NCBI GenBank assembly: GCA_039714255.1
Contig: JBDLJQ010000001.1
Span: 96,251 to 160,250, forward strand
Length of the DNA stretch: 64,000 nt
Origin: Acidobacteriota bacterium
GTDB taxonomy: Bacteria > Acidobacteriota > Aminicenantia > UBA2199
Direction: 5' to 3'
Part shown: one piece after another, positions 46,581 to 57,500 of the stretch
Layout of the letters: every line of letters begins with the position of its first letter
How positions within the stretch are numbered: position 1 is the first letter of the stretch
Made by a program: the position numbers and the translations under genes
Notes under the pieces: model-generated
The model's database searches: none
The model's input: the letters and a program-made list of their open reading frames with translations, nothing else
Told to the model about the DNA's origin: nothing

Positions 46581-48863
46581 ATGCTGAAAGCCTTTGATAA
46601 GTATGTCCTGAAAGAGATCGCATCTCCATTTGCCATAGGGTTGCTGATCTATACATTTACATTGCTGATCAACATGATATTTATTCTTTCACAGACACTT
46701 ATATCAAAAGGAGCTACAACATTTACAATTGTAAAAATACTGGTTTACCTTTTGCCTGATATTCTCTCTTTCACTATTCCCATGGCAACTTTGATGGGAG
46801 TACTTGCGGGAATGAGCCGCATGAGCACAGACTCGGAAATTGTTGCCCTGAGAACAATGGGTGTGAATAACTTCAGGATATTCAGGCCCATTATAATATT
46901 CTCCCTGATCACATGGTTCATTTCCTCTATCCTTATAATGTATCTTGCCCCGGAAGGGAATTATCAATATCGTAAACTCAATACAAAGATCATGTTATCA
47001 AAAGCTATGTCAAGTATGAAACCGAGAACATTTAACTATGAACTTTATCCCTTTGTATTATTCTTTAATGATATTGATAAAAAGACAAATGAGTGGAAAG
47101 ATGTATTCCTTTATTCCAGAAAAGATCCCAGGACTGACAATGTTATCCTTGCAAAACGGGGAAGTTTCATACAGCTTGAAGGGGAAAGAAAAAGCTATTT
47201 TTCACTGAAAAATGCAACTCTTCACAGCTTTGAAAAAATGAATCCCGGGAAAAAATATTTCACAACATTTCATAAAAAAACCTCTGAAGAGATAATGGAA
47301 ACACTAACCGTAAAAAGAACCAGAAGCAGCCAGCAGCTGATCTTCCCCGAACTGATAAAAAAGATGAAAGAGAGACCGGATGATATTGGCCTTAAGAGGG
47401 AGTTTCACAGAAAATTTTCACTACCCTTTGCATGCCTTGCCCTGGGGTTCCTTGCCCTTTCACTCGGAATATCAACAAAAAAGGGAGGTAAGGTAAGTGG
47501 TTTTATTATTTCCCTTGGGATAATTTTCATCTATTATACTGCAATTACAACATTTCAGAACATTGTCATGAAAGGGATAGTCTCCCCTTTCTTCGGTATG
47601 TGGGCTCCCAATTTTTTCCTGCTCCTTTCAGGATTGATATTTTATTATTACAGCTCAAGGGAAAAATCAATAAACTGGGATAAAATTTTTTCCATCTTCC
47701 ACAGGGAAAAATTTAAAGGAGAGAAAAAAAAAGGTAATATAGTTTTTTCCATCTCCATAAAGAAACCGCAATTAAGATTGTTTAAAATAATAGATGTTTA
47801 TATTCTGAAAAAAATGGTGGCAATGCTGCTGTTTATATTTACATCTCTACTGATGGTCTTTTATATAGTGCGTATTGTAGAACTTATTGACACTATGATC
47901 GAGAACAATATTCCATTTGCCTATGTTTTAAAGTATGTATACTATAATACTCCGGAAATGATAAGCTTTGTACTCCCCGTATCCATATTAACAACTGTTC
48001 TTCTAACTTTCTCAATAATGAGTAAAAACAATGAAATAACCGCAGTCCGTGTCAGTGGTATCAGCTTATACAGAATTGCAGTTCCTGCAATAGTTGTTGG
48101 AATTTTTTTCTCTTTCCTCTACTTTTATATACAGGAAACCATTACCCCCGGAGCGAACAGAAATGCAGTGAGAGTCCTTAATAAAATCTATAAACGAAAG
48201 AGTGCTCCCGATCCGGAACTTTATAAAACCTGGATCTCCGGTAAGGATAACACCTTCTACTTTTATTCTCTGGATACAAAAAACCTGGGGAAAAAGTATA
48301 AAAATTTTAATATTCTCAAATTGAATAAAGATTTTTCAATTAAAGAGAGAATATCAGCACGCACTGCAGTATGGAAAAACAAGAAGGATATAGTATTAAG
48401 AAGAGGTTTTACAAGGGATTTTACAAATAATTCACCCGTCAGGTTTTCAACTTTTAATAAGAAAATTTTTAATATAGAGGAGGGCAAATCATATTTTTCA
48501 AAAAAAGTTTCATATGGCCGGCATATGAATATTTCCCAGCTTAAAGAATATATAAAATATCTGAAGAAGAACGGATCAGAAACTACCAGATATGAGGCAA
48601 AGCTGTTTTATCATTATGCTTTCCCGTTCTCCAGCCTGATAATGGTGTTGATCGCAATACCTTTTTCATTTAGGATGGGTAAAAAGGGGACTCTGTTCGG
48701 TATCGGTATTGCAGTAGCAATATCAATGGTTTTCTGGGCAATTTTCAGTATTTTCAGCGCAATGGGTTCGGCATCAGTTCTATCCCCATTCATTTCTGCT
48801 TTTGCACCAATTCTTTTATTCGCTTCCATTTCCATATATCTTTTTGTAAACATAAAAACATAA
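46581..48863 (+). CDS. lptFG: Fused LPS-export permease LptF-LptG (two YjgP/YjgQ modules in one polypeptide)
   Basis: 760 aa. Residues 1-360 and about 400-760 each have the 6-TM plus periplasmic beta-jellyroll layout of LptF/LptG (two homologous blocks: IYTFTLLINMIFILSQTL... and IFTSLLMVFYIVRIVELID...). Confidence 0.65.
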   Translation: MLKAFDKYVLKEIASPFAIGLLIYTFTLLINMIFILSQTLISKGATTFTIVKILVYLLPDILSFTIPMATLMGVLAGMSRMSTDSEIVALRTMGVNNFRIFRPIIIFSLITWFISSILIMYLAPEGNYQYRKLNTKIMLSKAMSSMKPRTFNYELYPFVLFFNDIDKKTNEWKDVFLYSRKDPRTDNVILAKRGSFIQLEGERKSYFSLKNATLHSFEKMNPGKKYFTTFHKKTSEEIMETLTVKRTRSSQQLIFPELIKKMKERPDDIGLKREFHRKFSLPFACLALGFLALSLGISTKKGGKVSGFIISLGIIFIYYTAITTFQNIVMKGIVSPFFGMWAPNFFLLLSGLIFYYYSSREKSINWDKIFSIFHREKFKGEKKKGNIVFSISIKKPQLRLFKIIDVYILKKMVAMLLFIFTSLLMVFYIVRIVELIDTMIENNIPFAYVLKYVYYNTPEMISFVLPVSILTTVLLTFSIMSKNNEITAVRVSGISLYRIAVPAIVVGIFFSFLYFYIQETITPGANRNAVRVLNKIYKRKSAPDPELYKTWISGKDNTFYFYSLDTKNLGKKYKNFNILKLNKDFSIKERISARTAVWKNKKDIVLRRGFTRDFTNNSPVRFSTFNKKIFNIEEGKSYFSKKVSYGRHMNISQLKEYIKYLKKNGSETTRYEAKLFYHYAFPFSSLIMVLIAIPFSFRMGKKGTLFGIGIAVAISMVFWAIFSIFSAMGSASVLSPFISAFAPILLFASISIYLFVNIKT

Positions 48864-48940
48864 ATGGAGTAAAATTCAAAATAATGGAACTTTTTCTTGT
48901 GTTTTTCGTCATTTTAAGTATGAGACAGGATAATTAGAAG

Positions 48941-49456
48941 TTGATAAAAAAAATTAAAGAAGGAGATAAAAGAGGTTGGAACATGCTTATAGATAAATAT
49001 TCAAATTCTGTTTATAACCTGGCATATAACTTTTGTGGCAATAAAGATGATGCCAGTGATATAACTCAGGATATATTTATCAAGATATATAATAATATTG
49101 ATAAATTCAATGAAAATTACAACCTCTCCTCCTGGATAATGAGATTATCAAAGAACCATTGTATAGACCATTGGAGAAAGAACAAAAAGAATGCTTTAAG
49201 GATCGATTTCGAAGAAAATCTCGCTGTTGAGGATGAGTCACCTGAAGAAGAATTGATCAAAAGCCGGGAAATTGAAGATCTCAGGGAAACACTGCTCAAA
49301 TTGAAACCGGAGTACAGGGCTTTAATAATATTCAGGGATATAAATAACAATTCCTACCAGGAAATATCAGAGCTTCTGGATATTCCTCTGGGAACAGTTA
49401 AATCAAGAATTAACAGAGCAAGGATACAACTTGCAGGGTTATATAAAAATGAATAA
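48941..49456 (+). CDS. ECF-type RNA polymerase sigma-70 family factor
   Basis: Region 2 (SWIMRLSKNHCIDHWRKNKK) and region 4 HTH (SYQEISELLDIPLGTVKSRINRARIQL). Confidence 0.85.
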   Translation: MIKKIKEGDKRGWNMLIDKYSNSVYNLAYNFCGNKDDASDITQDIFIKIYNNIDKFNENYNLSSWIMRLSKNHCIDHWRKNKKNALRIDFEENLAVEDESPEEELIKSREIEDLRETLLKLKPEYRALIIFRDINNNSYQEISELLDIPLGTVKSRINRARIQLAGLYKNE

Positions 49457-49982
49457 TAAAAACTTAGATTGTAAAAAGATCGAAGAATTATTATCCGGTT
49501 TTATTGAGAATGATCTGAGCCCGGATGAAAGACGTAATGTGGAACAACATCTTGCTTCCTGTAGCAAATGCAGTGAGAAGGAAGAGAACATACTCCATTT
49601 GAGATCTGTTCTTCCGGAACTAACTACCGATATCCCTTTCTTCATGAAGAACAGGCTTTATTACATTGCCGAGGCAGAGGAACACGAACCCGACAAGCAA
49701 TGGCCCTATATAAAGTGGGTTGCTGCAGCAATCGGAACTATAATACTTTTTCTGAACCTTTTCTATTTCACAAATATATTTCCCGCTGCAAACAAAACAT
49801 TACATACGGCTGTAGCGGGGATAGAAAAGTTTGTTGTGGAGACAGAGGCATTTTTTGAACGCATAAAGGAATCAAACAACAATTTACGAATAAATAAAAA
49901 TGAGTCCATCTCAAAAAACGACGAAGAGGAAACTGAGAAAGAGACTACAAAAATGACTAAAAAGGGGGTTATTTATGGATAA
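49449..49982 (+). CDS. Zinc-binding (ZAS-like) transmembrane anti-sigma factor
   Basis: C-x24-HLASCSKC (HxxxCxxC) and a single TM helix (WVAAAIGTIILFLNLFYF). Overlaps the sigma-factor gene. Confidence 0.7.
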   Translation: MNNKNLDCKKIEELLSGFIENDLSPDERRNVEQHLASCSKCSEKEENILHLRSVLPELTTDIPFFMKNRLYYIAEAEEHEPDKQWPYIKWVAAAIGTIILFLNLFYFTNIFPAANKTLHTAVAGIEKFVVETEAFFERIKESNNNLRINKNESISKNDEEETEKETTKMTKKGVIYG

Positions 49983-50475
49983 TGATCTAAGATCAACTGA
50001 AAAAAAACACCCGGGACTAGCTGCCGTAATATCAGCTCTGTTCCCAGGATCGGGACTTTTTTATGTGGGAAATTATGTTAAAGGTTTTTCATATCTCCTT
50101 ATATTCGTACTTCTGATCGTCCTGCTTGTAAATACAGCTACAGATGGAAGGCAATCGATGATCATGGAAATTATTATCTTTTCTCTTCTGCTTGCAGGAT
50201 TTTATGTTTTTCAGATCATTGACAGTTACAATGAAGCAAAGCTTACCGGAAGCTATCCGGATAAAGAGGTGAGTGATGATGTCAGATCGGAGATCTCGCT
50301 GACCGGTTCAATAATAATATTGATACTTGGAGTCCTTTTTTTAATGAGGAACCTTGAACTTATTTCTTATAGAAATATTATTAAATTGTGGCCTCTGTTC
50401 CTTATTGGTGTAGGCCTGAAAATAGTAATTGAATTTTTATTGGAAAAGGAGAATGATAATGAGCAAGAAAAATAG
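49975..50475 (+). CDS. Membrane protein with an N-terminal FPGxGxxYxG (TM2/DUF5683-like) motif and a C-terminal DUF5668 (LiaF-type) TM region
   Basis: ALFPGSGLFYVGNYVKG, and ...LGVLFLMRNLELISYRNIIKLWPLFLIGVGL. Confidence 0.5.
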   Translation: MDNDLRSTEKKHPGLAAVISALFPGSGLFYVGNYVKGFSYLLIFVLLIVLLVNTATDGRQSMIMEIIIFSLLLAGFYVFQIIDSYNEAKLTGSYPDKEVSDDVRSEISLTGSIIILILGVLFLMRNLELISYRNIIKLWPLFLIGVGLKIVIEFLLEKENDNEQEK

Positions 50476-50647
50476 TGAAACAATATTCTGGGGAATAATT
50501 ATAATTTTAATAGGAATAATTTTCCTTGCAAAAAATCTCGGTTGGACTGACCTTCACATTTGGGACATAGTTGGAAAATACTGGCCACTCATATTAATTT
50601 ATATCGGAGCAAAAAATATAATTTCCTTCATTTCAAATAAAAAATGA
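50429..50647 (+). CDS. Small DUF5668 (LiaF N-terminal-like) membrane protein
   Basis: IFWGIIIILIGIIFLAKNLGW...KYWPLILIYIG. The start is probably an internal Met near 50453-50459. Confidence 0.45.
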   Translation: MNFYWKRRMIMSKKNSETIFWGIIIILIGIIFLAKNLGWTDLHIWDIVGKYWPLILIYIGAKNIISFISNKK

Positions 50648-51879
50648 AAAAAAAAGAGATCCTGTTAATTGCCGCTTTGATCATTTTCGGATTTGTCTAT
50701 CATTTTTTTGAATCCGGAGAAATAGCTTTTATAAAATCGGGTAACGAAAATTCAAAGAAAATCATTGACAGAAACCATCCTAATTTTTTTACAAATGATC
50801 TTGTTTTTAGCGAAAGTATCTTGTCCTTAAAGATCATAAACCCTGCAGGGGAAATCTCTGTGGAACCCTCCATTGACAAAAGAACAACTGTAGAAATTAC
50901 TTCTGTTATTTATCATAAGGATAAAAAAAAGATCGAAGAATTAAAGAGCCAATACTCCCTTAAAAAAACTGAAGTATCCGGGAAAGGTATAATTGAGGTA
51001 ATTAAAGGAGAAAATACCTTCCCCTACAAGCGGGTAAGAATCAATTTTAAGATCAGAATTCCAAAAGAAATTGAAATTAAACTTTATAACCGGTTTGGAA
51101 ATATAGTTATTAAAGGTACGGGAAAAAACATCTATATTGACGAAAAGTTCGGGGACATTCAGATCGAAGATATTGAATCAAAACTGAAGATCCTCTCATT
51201 ACATGGAAATATTAATCTATCCAATATAAAAGGTGATATCAATCTTATTACAAAGTTAACAAAAACAGAGATCGAAGGTGCGGGCAATATAGAATGTAAG
51301 GCAAATCTTGCAACTCTTATTATTTCCGATATTCCACAAAGTAAAAAAATTGATATAAACGGGGAACATACAAAGATGATCTTTTCCGGGATAAATTCCG
51401 AACAGATCAGGATCGGTAATTCACATCAACTTGTCAGAATAGAAAACTCAAAAGCTGAATCCATTACAATAACAGCCAGGAACTGCAGGATCATCAGTGA
51501 TACAATCAATGTTAATGAATTAATTGTAAAAAACTCCCAGAACAGGGTCAGGCTGGAAAAAATTTCAGGAAAAGATATCAGTGTTCTTCTCAAACATGGA
51601 AACCTTGTTATATCACCTGACAGGAATATTGAGAATATTAATATCCTGAACAGCTATTCAAATATAAAAGTAAATCTTCCCCGGGAAATAGACCCTGGAT
51701 TCAACCTCTCAACTAAATATGGTGAAATTGTAAATAATACTAAATTTGATTTTAATACTATTAAAGAGAGATACAAATTAACACTGACCCGGACAGGGAC
51801 AATACCTCAGATCGTTATTAATAACAGCTACGGAAAAATTATTCTGGAAACAGAAAAAGAAGAACCGCAAGACCAGTAG
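50644..51879 (+). CDS. DUF4097 (toastrack / LiaF C-terminal-like) beta-helical repeat protein with an N-terminal TM anchor
   Basis: Repeated G(N/D)I(N/E)(L/V) rungs (LHGNINLSNIKGDINLITKL...). 411 aa. Confidence 0.6.
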   Translation: MKKKEILLIAALIIFGFVYHFFESGEIAFIKSGNENSKKIIDRNHPNFFTNDLVFSESILSLKIINPAGEISVEPSIDKRTTVEITSVIYHKDKKKIEELKSQYSLKKTEVSGKGIIEVIKGENTFPYKRVRINFKIRIPKEIEIKLYNRFGNIVIKGTGKNIYIDEKFGDIQIEDIESKLKILSLHGNINLSNIKGDINLITKLTKTEIEGAGNIECKANLATLIISDIPQSKKIDINGEHTKMIFSGINSEQIRIGNSHQLVRIENSKAESITITARNCRIISDTINVNELIVKNSQNRVRLEKISGKDISVLLKHGNLVISPDRNIENINILNSYSNIKVNLPREIDPGFNLSTKYGEIVNNTKFDFNTIKERYKLTLTRTGTIPQIVINNSYGKIILETEKEEPQDQ

Positions 51880-51976
51880 GGGTAGAAGTTACCCCTGTAA
51901 TTGAGTTCAAACCTTGACATTATCCCCATAATCCTATAAATATAAGAATTACAGATACAAATTCAAAAGGAGCATA

Positions 51977-52867
51977 ATGAAGGATCAGAAATTCGAAAAA
52001 ACAGAACTTGCCATTATGGGGGGAAGCGGATTTTATGAGATGGAATCATTAAAAAACGAGAACTATATCCGGATTGATACTCCTTACGGATCTCCTTCGG
52101 AAAAAATATTAACCGGAGAATTAAATGGTAACAGGATCGCTTTTTTATCCAGGCATGGTATTGGGCACAGATTTAATCCATCGGAAGTCAATTACAGAGC
52201 AAATCTTTATGCATTAAAACTACTTGGTGTAAAGAGGCTCATATCTTTTACTGCAGTGGGATCACTTAAGGAAAAGATAGAACCAACCGATATTGTGATC
52301 CCCGATCAATACTATGACAACACTTTCAAGAGAGAAAAAACCTATTTTGAGGACGGTTTTGTAGCTCATGTTTCCATGGCCAAACCGGTGTGTCCCTTCT
52401 TTTCGGACAAAGTTTACAGAGCTGCAAAAGATCTGGGTCTCAATGTTCATAAAGGCGGAACATATTTTAATATGGAGGGGCCGCAATTTTCATCCATAGG
52501 AGAATCAAATGTTTACAGAGATCTTGATTTTTCCATTATCGGGATGACACAGGCAATAGAAGCAAAACTGGCACGTGAACTGGAAATGTGTTTTATACCG
52601 GTAGCATTTGTTACTGATTATGACTGCTGGCATCCCGAAACAGAATCTGTCACTGCAGAAATGGTTGTGACCAATCTTAATAAGAACATTAAGAGTGGAA
52701 AAATACTATTAGAAAAGATCCTGCCGGAGATCCTGTCTGCCAAACCGGATTGTTCCTGCAGCTCTTCACTGGAAAATTCATTCATGACAGATCCGGGCAA
52801 AGTTTCGGAAGAAACAAAGAACAGATTAATGCCGATAATAAAAAAATATTTAAACAGAGGAAACTGA
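51977..52867 (+). CDS. mtnP: S-methyl-5'-thioadenosine phosphorylase
   Basis: PNP/MTAP family (GGSGFYEME, LSRHGIGHRF, NMEGPQFS) with an MTAP-type Cys-rich C-terminus. Confidence 0.85.
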   Translation: MKDQKFEKTELAIMGGSGFYEMESLKNENYIRIDTPYGSPSEKILTGELNGNRIAFLSRHGIGHRFNPSEVNYRANLYALKLLGVKRLISFTAVGSLKEKIEPTDIVIPDQYYDNTFKREKTYFEDGFVAHVSMAKPVCPFFSDKVYRAAKDLGLNVHKGGTYFNMEGPQFSSIGESNVYRDLDFSIIGMTQAIEAKLARELEMCFIPVAFVTDYDCWHPETESVTAEMVVTNLNKNIKSGKILLEKILPEILSAKPDCSCSSSLENSFMTDPGKVSEETKNRLMPIIKKYLNRGN

Positions 52868-53932
52868 ATGAAAAACCTTATTCTCGTTATCAACACAGGA
52901 AATACCTCCACAAAGATAGGTATCTTTGACCTGGACAAAGAAATTTTTACAGAAACAATAAAACATTCCGATAAAGAATTAAGCAGATTTTCTGATATTA
53001 ATGAACAACTGGAATTCAGGGAACATCTTGTGCTGGAATTTCTAAAGGATAAAAATATAGATATTAATACACTTAAAGCTGTGGCAGCCCGCGGAGGCCT
53101 TCTCAAACCCCTTGCAAGCGGGACCTATTTTGTTAATGAAGAGATGATCAAAGACCTGAAAGCAGGTAAGAACGGGATGCATGCGTCACATCTCTCTGCA
53201 CAAATAGGAAATTCAATTGCAGAGAAATCATCTATTCACTGTTATATCGTTGACCCTATTTCGGTTGATGAATTTACCCCTGTGGCCAGATTATCAGGCC
53301 ATAAACTTTTTAACAGAATAATGTTATCCCACGCACTTAATATGAAAGCTGTTTCTAAAAGATATGCAAAAGAGAACAACTTGAATTATAATGATCTTAA
53401 CCTTATCATTATTCATCTTGGAACCGGAATTTCAGTATCTGCCCACCAGAATGGAAAAATGGTTGATAGTATTAATTCCAGTGAGGAGGGAACTTTTTCA
53501 CCCGACAGAGCCGGCGGGATACCGGTTTTACAAGCTGCAAAATATATAATTGAAAATAAAATTGATTTTAAAACTTTTTCAAATCTCATCTTCGGTAATG
53601 GCGGCCTTCAGTCCTATTTAAATACAAAAGATTTTATGAAAATTGAAAATATGTACAAATCCGGCGATAAAAAAGTAATTGAAGTTGTAGATGCAATGGC
53701 TTATCAGGTAGCAAAAGATGCAGGATCAATGGCAACCGTTTTAACGGGAAAAATTGACAAAATAATAATAACAGGAGGAATGGCAAATTCCGAATTATTA
53801 GTTAACCTGATCTCTGTAAGAATAAATTTTCTTGCTACGTTATTACTTTACCCCGGGGAAGATGAAATGACAGCCCTTGCTGAAGGAGTAAGCCGGATAC
53901 TTACCGGGGAAGAAGAAGAGATGTCATATTAA
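52868..53932 (+). CDS. buk: Butyrate-kinase-family (ASKHA) acyl kinase
   Basis: Colinear with Thermotoga Buk2 (INTGNTSTKI, GKNGMHASHL, IIHLGTGIS, GNGGL, AMAYQVAKD, ITGGMA). The start codon overlaps the mtnP stop (TGAATG). Confidence 0.75.
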   Translation: MKNLILVINTGNTSTKIGIFDLDKEIFTETIKHSDKELSRFSDINEQLEFREHLVLEFLKDKNIDINTLKAVAARGGLLKPLASGTYFVNEEMIKDLKAGKNGMHASHLSAQIGNSIAEKSSIHCYIVDPISVDEFTPVARLSGHKLFNRIMLSHALNMKAVSKRYAKENNLNYNDLNLIIIHLGTGISVSAHQNGKMVDSINSSEEGTFSPDRAGGIPVLQAAKYIIENKIDFKTFSNLIFGNGGLQSYLNTKDFMKIENMYKSGDKKVIEVVDAMAYQVAKDAGSMATVLTGKIDKIIITGGMANSELLVNLISVRINFLATLLLYPGEDEMTALAEGVSRILTGEEEEMSY

Positions 53933-53933
53933 A

Positions 53934-54491
53934 ATGGAAAGCATTGATAAAAAGAACAGCGATTTTGAAATTAGTTTAAAAAAGCTGGATGCACGTATAG
54001 AAAATTTAAAAGCTCAGTATAATTTGTTTTTTTCAGGAGAGCTTAGTATTCCCCCGGAAAAGGAGAGAGAGAATATGGAAAAAGAAATAAGAAATATCCT
54101 CTCTAAAGATCTAAAATCTTCCAAACTCTCTTTTCTTACACAAAATGTATCTTCCAAATTCACTCTATATAATAATATGTGGCTGAAAAGGCTTAATCAG
54201 ATAGAACTTGGTTTAGTACAGAGAAAAAGAAAAACACCTTCGTATGATAATAATATTAAAAAAACCCCCACCAGAGAAAAAAGTTTGAATATCAGTCTTA
54301 ATGATGAAAAAACATTTGACAATTTTTTCGATAATTATGACTCAATATTAAAGCAGAATAAATTAAAAACAAAAAAGTCAAAAGACGATATGATCAATTC
54401 CCTGAAATATAAACTTATTTCGGAAAACCTTATTGATGCAAATGTAAAATTATCATTTTCAAAAGGTAAAATTAAGATTAAGATCAAGTGA
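53934..54491 (+). CDS. Hypothetical protein (185 aa), third gene of the mtnP-buk operon
   Basis: The ORF starts 2 nt after the buk stop. Helical and Lys-rich, with no recognised motif. Confidence 0.4.
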   Translation: MESIDKKNSDFEISLKKLDARIENLKAQYNLFFSGELSIPPEKERENMEKEIRNILSKDLKSSKLSFLTQNVSSKFTLYNNMWLKRLNQIELGLVQRKRKTPSYDNNIKKTPTREKSLNISLNDEKTFDNFFDNYDSILKQNKLKTKKSKDDMINSLKYKLISENLIDANVKLSFSKGKIKIKIK

Positions 54492-54516
54492 TATTTTTAT
54501 AAAATACTTATCGTTA

Positions 54517-57500
54517 TTATTTCTGATATAAGATCTGAACACTGTCCTTGCCTGTCAGTTTTTCTATCTCCTGCTTCATTGTAATTGTAGGTTTCATATT
54601 TTCAACCCGGATAACAACCCTTTCACTGTCACCTTTATTGATGATCATAAAACATGGAGTAGAATCCCTGAATCTGGATATTTTTTTTGTTAATTCTTCT
54701 GAAAAAGTATCGCTTAGTTTGTCATAATTAATGTTTATCGTAATTTTCCGGGCTCTTCTTTTCAGGAAACTTTCAAGTTCAACAAGTTCTTCCACATAAA
54801 TATTTTTATTTGTATCACCATTATCTGGTAGCTTTCCTTTAAGATAATAAGGAAAATCAAGTTTTAAATTATCCTTCAGATCTTCCCATACAACCCTCTC
54901 TTCAAATCCATTATTTCGGAAACCGTTTCTTTTGCTTTTTCCAAAAATAAGAAGTTTTATACGGCCTGTCAGATCTTCAAAATAAAGTTCCCCGTAAAAA
55001 GTCCCTTTCTTTGATTTTCTGGCTTTATAGGATGTTACAACTCCTCCGAGCCTTACTGTATCTCCGGAAAATTCATTTGAGTTGATCTTGGAGATTGAAG
55101 TGTTCGATATCTTTCTGATCTCCAGAAAAAATTTTTCAAGAGGATTATGGCTTATATAGACCCCTGCAGTCTCTTTTTCGCCCTGGATAATTTCAGCCTC
55201 ATGCCACTCGGTAAGTGCAAGTTTTTCTTTCGGTAAAACTATTTTATCCATTTCTTCTTCGGAGAATAGTGACAACTGGTTTTTTGAACGGTGCTTAATA
55301 ATTATGGATGCCTGTCTTATCACCTCTTCAATGCTTTCATAAAGAGATCTCCTTTTAATATTAAAACTATCAAAGGCCCCGGCTTTAATAAGGCTTTCCA
55401 GGACAGCTTTATTTGCTTTACTTAAATCAGCTCTTAAAATAAAATCGGAAAAATCTTTAAATAATCCCTCTTTCTCTCTTGTTTTTAAAAAACTTCTGAT
55501 AGCTGCTCCCCCTACATTTTTTAATCCCTTCAGGCCAAACCTGATCGAATTTTTAGTCTCTGCACTGAACTTTTCAAAACTTTTATTAATATCCGGGGGA
55601 AGTATCTCAATATTCATCTTTTTACTTTCAGATATATACTGAATGATCTTTGAATCTGTAGATGTTTTGTCAGACTCAGCGCTCAGTAGAGCTGACATAA
55701 AATAAACGGGATAATGTACTTTAAGATAGGCAGTCTGATAAGCAAGGTTTGCATAGGCCGTTGAATGAGATTTATTGAATCCATATTCGGCAAATGTACT
55801 CATCTGGGAGAATAGTTCTTCTGCTTTTTTTTTGTTAAAACCACGTTTTACAGCACCTTCTACAAAACTTTTTTTAACCGAAGGTAATTTCTGAGTAAGT
55901 TTTTTCCCCATTATTTTTCTCATCTCATCAGCTTTGCTCATGGGAAATCCTGCAATTACCTGGGAGAGCCTCATTACCTGCTCCTGAAAAACAATTACCC
56001 CGAATGTATCTGAGAGGATCTCTTCTGTTTCCGGAAATATATATGAAACATTCTCTTTTCCAATCTTTCGTTTAACATAAGTATCAGCCATTCCGGTACC
56101 AAGGGGCCCGGGCCTGTAAAGTCCGTTTAACACTATCAGGTCCTCAAATCTTGTTGGTTTTGACCTTTTCAAGAAATCTCTCATACCTGAACTTTCAAAT
56201 TGAAAAATACCATCTGTATGGCCGTCCTGAAATATCTTATATACTTTTTTATCATCAAGAGGAATATTGTTCAGGTCAACATCAAGTTTTTCCACTTCTG
56301 AAATTGATTTTAAAATATTTTTAATAATAGTTAGTGTTTTTAATCCCAGAATATCAAGTTTGAGCAATCCTATCTCTTCAACTTCCTCTTTTTCAAATTG
56401 TGTAACGATCTTGTCTTTGGCTTTATAAAGAGGCATAAATTCAGTTAGTTTTTTTGGCGCAATTACAACACCTGCCGCATGCATTCCGGTATTCCTGATA
56501 TTGTTTTCAAGCTTTAATGCATAGTCCATCAGTTTGGGTGCTGCATCCATTCTTTTTATTTCACTCTGAAGTTCTTCATTTTTTTCAAGTTCAGCCAGAA
56601 GGCTGACTTTCGGAGTTTCAGGGATCATTTTTGCAAGTTTATTTACATCCCCCAGCGGAACCTCCAATACCCTCCCGGTATCCCTTATGGCAAGTTTTGC
56701 CTTCATTTTTCCGAAAGTGACTATTTGCGCAACATTTTCATCCCCATATTTATTCCTGATATAATCAATAACATCCTCTCTTCTTTCAGGGTCAAAATCG
56801 AGGTCAATATCAGGAAGAGAAATTCTTTCCGGATTCAGGAACCTTTCAAAAATAAGATCATAAACAAGAGGATCAATACTGGTTATTCCCATCACGTAAG
56901 AAACAAGACTTCCTACAACAGAGCCCCTGCCCGGGCCTATCAGGATATCATTCTCTTTTGAAAACCGGATAATATCCCAGACTATAAGAAAATATCCCGG
57001 AAATTCCATTTCACGGATCTTTTCTATCTCATAGTTCAGCCGTTCTTCATAAATGGAAATATCTTTTCCATCTTTTATAAGATCTTCTTTTACCCTTTCA
57101 AAACCTTTCCTGCATATAAGTTCAAAATATCCATCTATGGAAAACTCCTCCGGAACATTGAACTTCGGGAGGAAATATTCACCCAGTCTGAATTCAAAAT
57201 TACATTTTGCGGCTATTTCCATAGTGTTTTCAATTGCAGATGGATAATCTTTAAATAATTCAACCATTTCTTCAGTGGACTTCAGATACATCTCATCGGT
57301 CTCTTTTTTCATATTCCTTTCAGAATTACTTAACACTTCGTTTGTCTGAAGGCAGATCAATATTTCCCGGGCATCTGAATCTTCCCTTGTAAGATAATGA
57401 ACATCATTTGTTGCAACCAGGGGGATATCAAGATCTCCGGCAAGGCTCACTAACCGGGGGAGTACCTCAACCTGTTTATCCAGGCCGTGATTTTGTATCT

